From the IMG/VR virus record IMGVR_UViG_3300009376_001605: DNA of 64,000 nt; one strand, 5' to 3'. The position numbers and the translations under genes are program-made. Positions 39,436 to 49,101 of the stretch are shown in pieces; position 1 is the first letter of the stretch, and each line of letters begins with the position of its first letter. This stretch comes from an uncultured virus (IMG/VR IMGVR_UViG_3300009376_001605) (Duplodnaviria > Heunggongvirae > Uroviricota > Caudoviricetes). The notes below the pieces were generated by a model. The model searched no databases, was not told where the DNA came from, and saw nothing but the letters and a program-made list of their open reading frames with translations.

Positions 39436-40285
39436 ACTTTATCATCCCGCTTTTACTTCCTTTAGAAACATGGAAGTCATACACTTCGCCAATCAAAGAA
39501 AATCTCTTTCTTATGAATTGTAAAAAATCTTGATCAAATTTACATTCAAACTTATCGATCGACATTCTTTCTCTGAGTTTTACTGCTAGCTTTGATTCTT
39601 CCGCGGCTAGTTGATTTAGATAGCTTAAGAGTATTGGAAAACGATTGTGATCAAACTTATAATAGCTTGAGATCTTTGCATTTCCAATGATTGAGGATTC
39701 AAGCACCTTGCAAAAAGAAGAAAATTCTTCCCATGCAGCTTCACAGGCTGCTAAGTAAGATTTTAGTACTTGCTGCAGATTAATAACTTTGAAATTGCTT
39801 CGTAGATTATCTGTCGAAACACGAACAAATTCTTTTCCCGTTATTGATTCTACGTTTTTAATGGATCTGTCTGCAGACTTTAAATAAAGAAGTATTTGGT
39901 GAGGAGAAAGTGATTCAATATCGAGGCTTTCCAAAAGCAATATTCTTTCAGGAAGCCATTCCAGAATTTCTACAATCTTAAAGTGATCGCTATTACTTCT
40001 AACAAGATCAGTTTTTTCCCCTTGAACAAGGTTTAAATTGAAGTTCTCAATCATAGTAATTCTAGACATGCAATCTTTAGGCATGACAATCACATTACCG
40101 CCCATTAGAAACTCTTCTACATCAGAAGAAACAACAGGAAAATCATCCACTACCACGAAGTCAAGATCAGATATTCCGGGATGACTTATCTCACCCGCCA
40201 AGTAGATAGTAAGCTCAGGATTATCACTACAGAATTTTCGAATTACATCCTGGTAATCTTCATATGTTTTTCCCTCAAGTGTCAA
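39419..40285 (-). CDS. Divergent Pol-beta-fold nucleotidyltransferase-like protein
   Basis: IYLAGEISHPGISDLDFVVV; probable TTG start at 40285 (track start 40309). Confidence 0.55.
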   Translation of the reverse strand: MTLEGKTYEDYQDVIRKFCSDNPELTIYLAGEISHPGISDLDFVVVDDFPVVSSDVEEFLMGGNVIVMPKDCMSRITMIENFNLNLVQGEKTDLVRSNSDHFKIVEILEWLPERILLLESLDIESLSPHQILLYLKSADRSIKNVESITGKEFVRVSTDNLRSNFKVINLQQVLKSYLAACEAAWEEFSSFCKVLESSIIGNAKISSYYKFDHNRFPILLSYLNQLAAEESKLAVKLRERMSIDKFECKFDQDFLQFIRKRFSLIGEVYDFHVSKGSKSGMIKYGWLL

Positions 40286-41264
40286 GGCTGCTCTCCAGAA
40301 GCTTAGCAAATTTGGCAGCTCTTGTGAGGTAGTTAATTCCTAGAGCTTTCTTTATCTGTTCGGGTATAACATTGCCGATGTGATAGCTTTTCTTCCACCC
40401 GAATCTTACGGAAGAACAAGCCTCCAAAAACTCAAGATCTTCTTCTGTGAAGTGCCGCCTTATTAACTCATAAGATTCTGACTTTCGGCAATAGTTTCCT
40501 CGAAGGTTTAGCCACAGTGTGGGTAAAAGCATGACAACACACATGAGGTACTTGAGCTGGTACATTGTCTCCGGATCTTTATAGTTCTCTAAGAGATATC
40601 TTCCATTTTTGGCGTGATGTTTTAAGATCCCAGATGTTGCAGCAGAAGACAGCGTCTTTACTATTCCTAGAAATCTAGCTATCTCCTGGGATCTTGAGAC
40701 CGCTTTTTCTATGCTAATAGATTTGTTTCCTAGTAGGCATTTTGAATCTTTAAGTAATTCAACCGGAAGATAAAGATCAGGAAATGACCTTAGCTCTTTT
40801 TCATGTATGAAATGAATTCCGTGGTGCTGGTACGGATCCAGAGACCTCATCATGTGATCAATCTTTTGACAAGTATTGAATGTCTTTACTCTGCTAGGCC
40901 TTGAAAGAGACTCATGCTTCAGGATTCCAATAGAGTCAAAATCACTCCACCCAGGGATCATCCTGAGGTCGGCACAGCTTCCGTGGACCAGAAAGGCTGC
41001 AAAGATTTCGCTCTTAGCTATCTCAGCCTGTATTTGCAAAATGAAATCTATGTCAGGATCTGAATAATCTTTTTGATCAAGTTCGCATAATTCGATTACT
41101 CGAGTTGGACCCGCGATATCCCACGCTTCATACGTCGACTCCAAGTGATCAGCGAACATATCAAATACAAAGCCAGGCTTATCCTTAATGACGCCATCTT
41201 TGTCTTGAAAAACCCAGTTTAAAAGATTATTTGTTGTTACTTGAAGACTGCTTAAGTTTGACAT
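40275..41264 (-). CDS. Pol-beta-fold nucleotidyltransferase-like protein
   Basis: FLVHGSCADLRMIPGWSDFDSIGIL (hGS...DxD). Confidence 0.6.
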   Translation of the reverse strand: MSNLSSLQVTTNNLLNWVFQDKDGVIKDKPGFVFDMFADHLESTYEAWDIAGPTRVIELCELDQKDYSDPDIDFILQIQAEIAKSEIFAAFLVHGSCADLRMIPGWSDFDSIGILKHESLSRPSRVKTFNTCQKIDHMMRSLDPYQHHGIHFIHEKELRSFPDLYLPVELLKDSKCLLGNKSISIEKAVSRSQEIARFLGIVKTLSSAATSGILKHHAKNGRYLLENYKDPETMYQLKYLMCVVMLLPTLWLNLRGNYCRKSESYELIRRHFTEEDLEFLEACSSVRFGWKKSYHIGNVIPEQIKKALGINYLTRAAKFAKLLESSLDT

Positions 41265-42339
41265 GGTCTTCCTCTATTCGATCCATTATTCGGCTTGATG
41301 CACCCTGGTGTTTTCCTGGGAAGTGAGACTGCTGAAAGCTTTTCCAGTCTTTTTTAGAGTGGAGTAATTTCTCAAGCTTTTTAGTGATTAACTCAGAATC
41401 CATCTCATTAGAACTTAAACCATCGCAGTGAATTCCATCGAATATGTCCCCGCTATAGTAAGCCTGATGAATTCTCTGTATGCCGGGGTGATGGATCCTG
41501 TCGGGATGAAGCTGCTTTTGGAAATCGGGCGCAAGCGCCAAATAAGGCGTCTCTAGAAAAGAAAGCTCATTAATCGCTGACGAGCAAAAATGTATCGCGG
41601 CGCTCGAGCTAGAGTACAAGGCGATGTGACTTGATGCATCACTGTCACTTACAACACGGTCAAATCTAACCGAATTCTTGAAGTTGTGACTATATTTTGC
41701 CCTTGATTTCAATATTAGCTCAAATCTATTTTCATCACACCATGATCTCAGCCTAGATAAGATTGACTCTACGCTTTTCCCTAGTCTGTCATGTCTAATG
41801 TATAGACTGTTGTGGGGGGCTAGGAAAGTTATTCTTCTATTCTCCGAGCCATCCTGGGAAAACCTGGACAGAAACTCTAGCCACGGGCTTCCATTAGATT
41901 CCAAGAAAGAATAAGATGACAGATCTTCAATTATCTGTTTAGAGGTATCAGTATTGCATAGCAAGACTGTTTTGCTATTGAAGGGATTTACCTGGTTGTA
42001 GATTTCATTCCAGCAATACTCAAGGCTATAGTTTTTCATCTGGTCATTTTCATATAATCTTTTCCAGCCTTTGTTGAAAAGATTTATTCCAATGACAGCG
42101 TCATATTCTTTTCTTCCAGATGCAAGATTTTGGATAAGCCAGTCTTTATCAGGGTGCTGGATCCACTTAAGGTTTGGAAAATCAGTTATCTTAGGGGTGG
42201 CATTTAAAATCACACCTAAATCGCTTACAGAGAAATTACAAAACAAAGAGCATTCGTGGCCACGGGCGAGGGCTTCATATAAGGCGCCTGCAACTGCTTG
42301 GAATGTTTGCGTCTTATCGATAATGAAAGCTAGTTTCAT
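41227..42339 (-). CDS. GT-B-like protein (nonulosonate- or polyol-phosphate-transferase-like)
   Basis: TFLAPH, ELILKSR, SSAINELSFLETP, C-terminal GASSRIMDRI. Confidence 0.45.
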   Translation of the reverse strand: MKLAFIIDKTQTFQAVAGALYEALARGHECSLFCNFSVSDLGVILNATPKITDFPNLKWIQHPDKDWLIQNLASGRKEYDAVIGINLFNKGWKRLYENDQMKNYSLEYCWNEIYNQVNPFNSKTVLLCNTDTSKQIIEDLSSYSFLESNGSPWLEFLSRFSQDGSENRRITFLAPHNSLYIRHDRLGKSVESILSRLRSWCDENRFELILKSRAKYSHNFKNSVRFDRVVSDSDASSHIALYSSSSAAIHFCSSAINELSFLETPYLALAPDFQKQLHPDRIHHPGIQRIHQAYYSGDIFDGIHCDGLSSNEMDSELITKKLEKLLHSKKDWKSFQQSHFPGKHQGASSRIMDRIEEDHVKLKQSSSNNK

Positions 42340-43112
42340 TTTTTCATCCCTTGAATTGCGCCTAGGCGAAGACCCAGCTCTGTTAGCTGCTCATTTGAAA
42401 CAGGTATCTCTAGGTCCTTGAAAATTTCCTCATAATCTTTTTGATCTACGACATCAACGCTTTCATAAAGGTCATCATTTACTATTGCTACTGGGAATTT
42501 TATGAGATTTCTAAAATACCCGTTTTCCAGGGCTCTTACCATGTATTCATCTTCAGCTTTTCTACCAAGAGTATGGGCGTAGGGCCCTAGCTTCTCATAA
42601 ACATCTTTTTTCATAACGTGGTAGTCTGCATACCCTTTTAAGTGCGACCTGAAGAATTTTTCGCTCTTTTCGTTTTTTGTCATCTTATTGTTTTGTTTTA
42701 AAAATCGATAGCCAGGTTGCGCAAAATGAACAGTGCATCCAGCTGTCTTATCTTTTTCCAGGTGATCAATGCAGGTCTCAAGCCAGTTAGATCGAACAAC
42801 AAACAGGTGATCATCAGGGCAATCTATAAAAATATTTCCAAGAGCTATCTCTCTAGCCTGGATCTTGGCATACCTTAGGCAGCTTGGGTAGTCATTTTTA
42901 GGGTTCAGTACATAAGAGTATTTTTGGCACGGCGGGTCTAGATTCTTAATGTATTCTATGACATTTTTGTCTGTAGACCCATTGTCCACTATGATCATTT
43001 CCAGTTTAGACATGTCATAAGTGGATGATTTAAAAAATGAATCAATGCAGGACTTTAGTCGGTGAGGCCTATTGTAAGATGTTACATGTAAAGTAACCTC
43101 TATGCTAGACAT
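42336..43112 (-). CDS. Glycosyltransferase, GT2
   Basis: TSYNRP, IIVDNGSTD, CPDD. Confidence 0.82.
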   Translation of the reverse strand: MSSIEVTLHVTSYNRPHRLKSCIDSFFKSSTYDMSKLEMIIVDNGSTDKNVIEYIKNLDPPCQKYSYVLNPKNDYPSCLRYAKIQAREIALGNIFIDCPDDHLFVVRSNWLETCIDHLEKDKTAGCTVHFAQPGYRFLKQNNKMTKNEKSEKFFRSHLKGYADYHVMKKDVYEKLGPYAHTLGRKAEDEYMVRALENGYFRNLIKFPVAIVNDDLYESVDVVDQKDYEEIFKDLEIPVSNEQLTELGLRLGAIQGMKK

Positions 43113-43785
43113 TTTCTACCCTTATAATTGCACAACGATCAATAATTTTCTTGTATGTTAAATTTTCTCTAGATTTTAAAAGCTCGCATACTGCCCATGG
43201 ACCCCCATCGATTGCAACATACTGTGGGTCTGGTTGAATATTGTCAGATGCATTATGAAAAATCAGGTAAGATCCTTCTTTGCAATTCTCAAGGCATGCT
43301 TCTGCGTCGGCTAGCGTTTGTGCATAAGTGTGATTTCCATCGATGAAAAAAACATCACATTTTTCAGGAAGAACTTTGGTTTCATTCTCAGATCTTCCTT
43401 TGTGAAGCGTGAAATCTTTGCACCCTAGATTCTGGAGAGCATTTTCAAGCTCTTTGCAAAATGCTACATTGAGAATATTCCACTTATTATAAAGATCATG
43501 TGTCTGCCCTTGCTGGATTTCACTTTGGAGATCTTCGAATAAGTCGACACCGTACATGTGGAATTCATCTTTATTTTCTCTCAGCCACTCATTGATTATC
43601 TTGAAGTTTCCTCCGAAATAAACTCCTATCTCGCAGTAGCGAGGAGAATCAAACTCTCCTAAGCACTCTGTGATGGCATCAACTTCACCCTGTGACAAGT
43701 CTGTTCTGGTTCCGTAGAGCTTCATCCGAAGATCAGTTTCATTCGTAACCCCGTACATTTGATATGCTAGTTGCTGGTTGAACAT
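43105..43785 (-). CDS. SAM-dependent methyltransferase (Methyltransf_24-like)
   Basis: EIGVYFG, GVDLF, FFIDGNHTY. Confidence 0.85.
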   Translation of the reverse strand: MFNQQLAYQMYGVTNETDLRMKLYGTRTDLSQGEVDAITECLGEFDSPRYCEIGVYFGGNFKIINEWLRENKDEFHMYGVDLFEDLQSEIQQGQTHDLYNKWNILNVAFCKELENALQNLGCKDFTLHKGRSENETKVLPEKCDVFFIDGNHTYAQTLADAEACLENCKEGSYLIFHNASDNIQPDPQYVAIDGGPWAVCELLKSRENLTYKKIIDRCAIIRVENV

Positions 43786-43814
43786 TTAAATTTCTCTCTT
43801 TCGATTTGTTTTTT

Positions 43815-44606
43815 CTAAAATTGTTTCACGATAAGATCTGTGTCTATTCCTAGCTCAGAAAATATTCTCTCTAGATGATTCATATCATCACAGTGTAAAA
43901 ATTTACGATTGGGGTCCAGATTGACAGGGGGTAAGGTTCGGTGAGCAATATTATCTTTGTATCTCGAATCTCTTCTTTTAGATGGTAAAACTTCACACTC
44001 GCTCATATCCGAATATATGAATACTTTGTCTTTGGGAACAGCTTTTTGAATTAAGTGCGAAAGTATTCCCTCTGAGCACAGTCCTTGCATTGTTAGCCTA
44101 GAAACATATTCTATCTGGTCATCGTCATTATATAGCCCGGACTCTCTCACGTGCTCTGAATTCAAAATAAAGAAATGATCATCGATATCCCCGTCAGGAA
44201 TTTTCGGATTAGTGCAATCCTTCCAAAATCCCCTGCCAGAAAAAAGCAAGTTGTTTTCCTGCATGTGTCTGACTATCTCTAGTATGGGGGCAGGATCGAG
44301 CGCGAATGCATCTCCGTGCCAATGAATCAAATAGTCAGAATTTTCGGCGGCAGCCGAAACTGATTTTTTGATCGTATCATACTGCCTTAGCCTTAGATCA
44401 TTCTTGCCTCTTACAGGTATATCTAGACCTTCTACGAGTTTGTCAATTTTTAAGCTAGAAAGTTTTTGAAAAGTTTCAGGATCATTGCAAGATACTGCCA
44501 CATAAGGATTCACATCTTTCCAGACATTCTCAAATACATTGAGATTAGTGGCAACAAATGCGCCCTTATTATAAACTGATATTGCGACTCCGAGTTTCAC
44601 ACTCAT
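43815..44606 (-). CDS. Putative GT-A fold glycosyltransferase
   Basis: GVAISVYNK...YLIHWHGDAF; cluster context; start moved to ATG 44606. Confidence 0.45.
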   Translation of the reverse strand: MSVKLGVAISVYNKGAFVATNLNVFENVWKDVNPYVAVSCNDPETFQKLSSLKIDKLVEGLDIPVRGKNDLRLRQYDTIKKSVSAAAENSDYLIHWHGDAFALDPAPILEIVRHMQENNLLFSGRGFWKDCTNPKIPDGDIDDHFFILNSEHVRESGLYNDDDQIEYVSRLTMQGLCSEGILSHLIQKAVPKDKVFIYSDMSECEVLPSKRRDSRYKDNIAHRTLPPVNLDPNRKFLHCDDMNHLERIFSELGIDTDLIVKQF

Positions 44607-44617
44607 GCACACCTCTC

Positions 44618-45679
44618 TTAATTCATAATAGACTCGATCATTTTTCGAAGATGATCTTTGTCATTTCTTTTAATATTGACTGCACTACAAGACGGATAAG
44701 GATTTGAATCTGCAAAGTCATTTACTATTATTCTTCTACAGTGCATAAGCCCCATTATTAATCGATGATATTTTATTCCATTTTGGTCAAGTTGGTGCCT
44801 GGTTGCATCTTCAAATTCATAACCTCTTGAAGTAGTTAAAATTATTTCAACATTCCCAGAATCGTAAAGCTCATTAATAATACTCTTATTAGGGGTGATT
44901 GGTTCTGTCTCTCCCCATCGAGGTTCAAAATATTTGCCTGAGTTTTTTACAAGCACTCCATCTATGTCAAGAAAAATCGTTGCAAATCTTGTTTTATATG
45001 CGTTCCATTCCCTAAGGGTACCCCAGTCTACATAATTTCTAGCCGATGTGCTAACAAATACTCTGCCTTCTAGAATTAGGTAAAAGATTAAATGGGAGAG
45101 ATAGAGATTTTTACTGTCTTTTAAGATTTCATAAGCTGCGATGAAATCTTTGGGATCTTTAAAGGTATAACCTCCGCAGCAAAACTCCGAAGATATGATC
45201 TGTTTTTCTACAATATTTGTTACAAAGCCTTTTTCATTTTTTGAAATGTAGCTTTTGTTTCCTGGGTTTACGCTATCCATGTCATGTAAATTAAAAGTGC
45301 AGACAGAATTTTGATCAACAATGGGAGTATGAAAATAATTGTCAGAATCTTTAATGAAAAATGAGCCTTCTATGTTTTCAGATTTTAGAGCTTGATAAAC
45401 TGTTTCTGGCTGGCTGGAAGTTGGTTCTTCTAGAACTACTAGATTAAGCTTTTCAATCAGCCCCTCTTCTTCAAATGCCTTTTTAATTCCGGCTTCGCAA
45501 TTATATTTCTCAAGATGCTCTTTCAAGACAATCAAGTAGATGTTAGCAAACTTATCTAATTCCAGGCCGCTAATTGCTGATATTACCATTAGCTTACCAT
45601 CTGGCTGGGTGAGCAACCACTTTGGCCTCATATTGGGAAATCTGCTAGACTTTCCTGCTGCTGGTATGATTAGGTCCAT
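44618..45679 (-). CDS. Sugar-phosphate nucleotidyltransferase fused to HAD domain
   Basis: IIPAAGKSSRF...PKW, IVEK, DWGT; C-terminal FLDIDGVL...LTTSR...VND. Confidence 0.85.
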   Translation of the reverse strand: MDLIIPAAGKSSRFPNMRPKWLLTQPDGKLMVISAISGLELDKFANIYLIVLKEHLEKYNCEAGIKKAFEEEGLIEKLNLVVLEEPTSSQPETVYQALKSENIEGSFFIKDSDNYFHTPIVDQNSVCTFNLHDMDSVNPGNKSYISKNEKGFVTNIVEKQIISSEFCCGGYTFKDPKDFIAAYEILKDSKNLYLSHLIFYLILEGRVFVSTSARNYVDWGTLREWNAYKTRFATIFLDIDGVLVKNSGKYFEPRWGETEPITPNKSIINELYDSGNVEIILTTSRGYEFEDATRHQLDQNGIKYHRLIMGLMHCRRIIVNDFADSNPYPSCSAVNIKRNDKDHLRKMIESIMN

Positions 45680-46503
45680 GCTGCCACCATTTCTTTCAAT
45701 TTTGTCGTCACATGATTTTTAACTATCTGGTTTTTGGCATAAGGAAGAATCCTCAAGTGGTTCATGATCTGGAAAGGCTTGTAATACACATCATAAAAGT
45801 CATACTGCTTGAAAAAAGCATGAAGTTTACTGTCTAAATAACTCATTACCATACCATACCTTGTATCATCATGATTTTGGCTACACATTAGCTTAGTCCA
45901 ATTATACACCGTATCTTGTCGAATTTTTACCATGTCTTGCAAAGGTGTCTCATAAAACGTATCAAGAAAGTCGATCAGACATATTTTGTCGCTCTTGCTA
46001 AACAAGATATTTGAAAATGTTAAGTCTCCGTGGCAAGTTCCTGCTGGAATAGGTTTAACTGGAAGAGACTCAAAGTAAGACCTGATCTTATCGAAATCTA
46101 ATTCTGAATGGTTGATTTTCTTTTCAACCGTCAGGAACTTATCGAGAAAGATATCTTTATCGAAAAGAGATTCCGAAGAGGCGCTGATTTCGTGTTCGAT
46201 AAATTTAGTTAGCGTGCCTACAAGGGAATCAAGTTGCTGGACACTGCAATTATCCAGGAAGGTTACTGCGTCATCCCCGTGAAAGAAGCTCATGACAAAG
46301 CTGTCATCTCCGACTTCGACAACATCAGGTACACATATATTTTCTAAAGAAGTCAAATACTTTTTAAACTTCTTCTGCTTTTCAGCTTGGGCCAGCAGGC
46401 GCTGGTCGTAGCCTGGGCCGGCCGATTTTTTTCTTACAAAAGCCTGATCTGCTTTGTTAAAAACCCTGATCTCACATCCTGAATTTCCTTCTATGTTGAA
46501 CAT
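45670..46503 (-). CDS. APH/choline kinase-like phosphotransferase
   Basis: CHGDLTFSNILF...LIDF. Confidence 0.82.
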   Translation of the reverse strand: MFNIEGNSGCEIRVFNKADQAFVRKKSAGPGYDQRLLAQAEKQKKFKKYLTSLENICVPDVVEVGDDSFVMSFFHGDDAVTFLDNCSVQQLDSLVGTLTKFIEHEISASSESLFDKDIFLDKFLTVEKKINHSELDFDKIRSYFESLPVKPIPAGTCHGDLTFSNILFSKSDKICLIDFLDTFYETPLQDMVKIRQDTVYNWTKLMCSQNHDDTRYGMVMSYLDSKLHAFFKQYDFYDVYYKPFQIMNHLRILPYAKNQIVKNHVTTKLKEMVAAWT

Positions 46504-46529
46504 TGCACGGGAAGCACTTTTACAAATGC

Positions 46530-48239
46530 CTATTTGGTTATTTTCAACAAGTTTAAGTAAAGCACATCAATAGAGGTTCCCATGAAGCACCTAATTGCAT
46601 CCTGGGGTGTTTCAACAATAGGTTCGCCCGCAATATTGAAACTAGTATTTAGAAGAACTGGAGTTCCTGTAAGCTTATTAAAGTGAGAAAGCATACTGTG
46701 AAATGGCTGATTCTCCTCTGTTACAGTTTGCATTCTTGCTGTTCCGTCTACGTGAATAACAGCAGGAACTTCTTTCTTGGCTCGATCAGTGCCCTTCGCT
46801 ACAAAAAGCATAAAGTCAGACTCATCGAATTCAAAAAATTCCAATGCATGATCTTTTAAAACTATTGGTGCAAAAGGTCGATAAGCTTCTCTAAACTTAA
46901 CTCTTGCATTGAGCACATCTTTCATTTCTGCTGTACGAGGATCCACAACAATACTTCGATGTCCTAGCGCTCTTGGACCGAACTCCGATCCTTCATTAAA
47001 GATGGCAATAATTTTTTGATCTGCAACTGTTCGTGCAATATCTTCACCGAGCTTGTCGAGATTATCAAACCTCTCAAAAGAAGCGCCAAGTTCATTTGCT
47101 GCTTCCACACAGTCATCTGTCGTGTAGGGATAACCAAAGAAATCGCTTTTTACGCGCTCAGACTTTATGGGTGAAACAAAATTACTGTAGAAAAGTGGGG
47201 CACCAAGACCATGACCTCCGTCATGACAAGCTGGAGGAGCAAATGTTGAAGAGTATATATTGTTTCTTCTTATAAGCCCGTTTAGACAGCTATTAAGAGC
47301 TACCCCTCCTGTGAGGCATAGATTTTCTTCCCCTGTTTCGGAATTAAGTCTTTTAACATAATGAATCCCTGCTTCTTCGACAGAGTTCTGTGCGGATGCT
47401 GCAAGGTCTGCATAAAAATTATCTTCAGCATCTTCAAAATCCCATTTTTTCCTACTTTCTCGCTGAGGTATGTTTGACTGCCTCAGGCCAAAGATGGACG
47501 CGTGGGGCTCTACACCTGAATACTGCATTTTTGTTGTATTCTGATACGTTGACACGTACATGTTTTCATCAGGATTGTGCGTGAGCATTTTTAGCTCTGG
47601 ACGTGGTGATCCATACGGTGCTAATCCCATCACCTTACCTTCACATCCATCAGATCTCTCTCCAAAAATACGATTAGTGGTATTACTGTAAACATGTCCT
47701 AAGCTGTGAGGAACCCGATAGGAAAAAACTCTTTTATATTCGTGATTATCAACATGATAGGCTACTACCACTTCTGGAGGATCGCCGCATCCTGCACCAT
47801 CATATGAAAGAATATCACATGACTCATAACCAGAAAGATTATATGCATATGCAGCATGTGAAAGCTGGTGATTTACAAAAACTATCTTTCCATTAAAGCC
47901 TTGAGACTTGATAAACTTAAGAACCTGGTTATAGTCCGCCTTAAGATTTCTATTTATAACTTCGTCCACACTGTCAACAACATACATTTCAAGATGCTTT
48001 AGACTATTATCCCTAGGAAGCATTGGTATCGTCGCGGCGTCACAGTCAGCAACAGAGAAATCAAATCCTCTAAACAGGTATTCTACCCCTAAAGACATAG
48101 GGTGCTTTATTAAATCTGTATAGTAAGGATAATGCTTAATTCTGTTCAGGCGCTCCTCCTGGACGGCTCGAAGGGGTACCCCGTCTTTCACAAGACCCCA
48201 TCCACTATGATGGAATGAAGGCAATCCTAGTATCAACAT
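46530..48239 (-). CDS. O-carbamoyltransferase (NodU/CmcH family)
   Basis: EERLNRIKH, HQLSHA, EGKVMGLAPYG, GGVALN, EFGPRALGHRS, HVDGTARMQTV, LNTSFN. Confidence 0.95.
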   Translation of the reverse strand: MLILGLPSFHHSGWGLVKDGVPLRAVQEERLNRIKHYPYYTDLIKHPMSLGVEYLFRGFDFSVADCDAATIPMLPRDNSLKHLEMYVVDSVDEVINRNLKADYNQVLKFIKSQGFNGKIVFVNHQLSHAAYAYNLSGYESCDILSYDGAGCGDPPEVVVAYHVDNHEYKRVFSYRVPHSLGHVYSNTTNRIFGERSDGCEGKVMGLAPYGSPRPELKMLTHNPDENMYVSTYQNTTKMQYSGVEPHASIFGLRQSNIPQRESRKKWDFEDAEDNFYADLAASAQNSVEEAGIHYVKRLNSETGEENLCLTGGVALNSCLNGLIRRNNIYSSTFAPPACHDGGHGLGAPLFYSNFVSPIKSERVKSDFFGYPYTTDDCVEAANELGASFERFDNLDKLGEDIARTVADQKIIAIFNEGSEFGPRALGHRSIVVDPRTAEMKDVLNARVKFREAYRPFAPIVLKDHALEFFEFDESDFMLFVAKGTDRAKKEVPAVIHVDGTARMQTVTEENQPFHSMLSHFNKLTGTPVLLNTSFNIAGEPIVETPQDAIRCFMGTSIDVLYLNLLKITK

Positions 48240-48255
48240 ATTTCTTCCTCTTTAT

Positions 48256-49101
48256 TCAATATTTCAATTTTAACATGTCAGGATTTCTATTAAAAAAACC
48301 ATCGTATTCTTTGCGAAGCAAATTCATGAGCCCGTACTTATCATCAAATCCATACTTTCTCTTCATCCACTCCAAGCCTTCCTTCCACATTAGCTCTCTG
48401 TGCTTATTGTGGGAGTCAGTTTTCATGGCAACATAGTTTTGGTCTGTAAGATCATAGTCTTCTTTGTGAGAAGTTTTTGATGTAATTCCAAAAGCCCAGT
48501 CTTTAGCGTAGGCACGCATCTTGAGCTCTGTATCTGCAGCATAACACCTGAAGTTGGTGCCATCGTACAGAAACTCCTCGTATACAGAGGGCTCTCTTCC
48601 ATCTATTAGGTCTTCGATGCACTCTCTCCGAAACATCCAGCATATGTGAGGTATGGGAATGCTCATTGCTTTGGTCGCTTTTTGGTTTTTAAATTTAGTA
48701 ACTCTTTCACCCCAGTTCCATGTTATCGGAGACAGGATGCCTAATCTTGGATTTTCTTCGAATTCTTTTATCAAGATATCGATCACGGGCTCTTCGGCTA
48801 TTTCAGCATCGCCTGTTGCCATCATCACATAGTCATAATTTAGGCCTCGATCTAAAAGCTCTTTCAAGGCATAGTTAAAACCTCGTCCTGTCCTCAAGCC
48901 ATTGATCCTTGCATCTTCCCAATTGGCATGAAATGTCTTATGACTAGTTAGTTTATCATCGTCAGAGCCGCTTTCTACAACGTAGAAGTCTGTTAGATCT
49001 GAATTGTATTTCATGAGATTTTCAGCGAACTTGTTTGTGACTTCAGGTAAGTTTCTCTGGAGTAAGATCGTACAAGACTTTTTCATAATCTTAGGTTCCA
49101 T
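48256..49101 (-). CDS. Putative GT2-like glycosyltransferase
   Basis: YVVESGSD, GFNYAL, ATGDAEI, LGILSP, ADTEL. Confidence 0.6.
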   Translation of the reverse strand: MEPKIMKKSCTILLQRNLPEVTNKFAENLMKYNSDLTDFYVVESGSDDDKLTSHKTFHANWEDARINGLRTGRGFNYALKELLDRGLNYDYVMMATGDAEIAEEPVIDILIKEFEENPRLGILSPITWNWGERVTKFKNQKATKAMSIPIPHICWMFRRECIEDLIDGREPSVYEEFLYDGTNFRCYAADTELKMRAYAKDWAFGITSKTSHKEDYDLTDQNYVAMKTDSHNKHRELMWKEGLEWMKRKYGFDDKYGLMNLLRKEYDGFFNRNPDMLKLKY

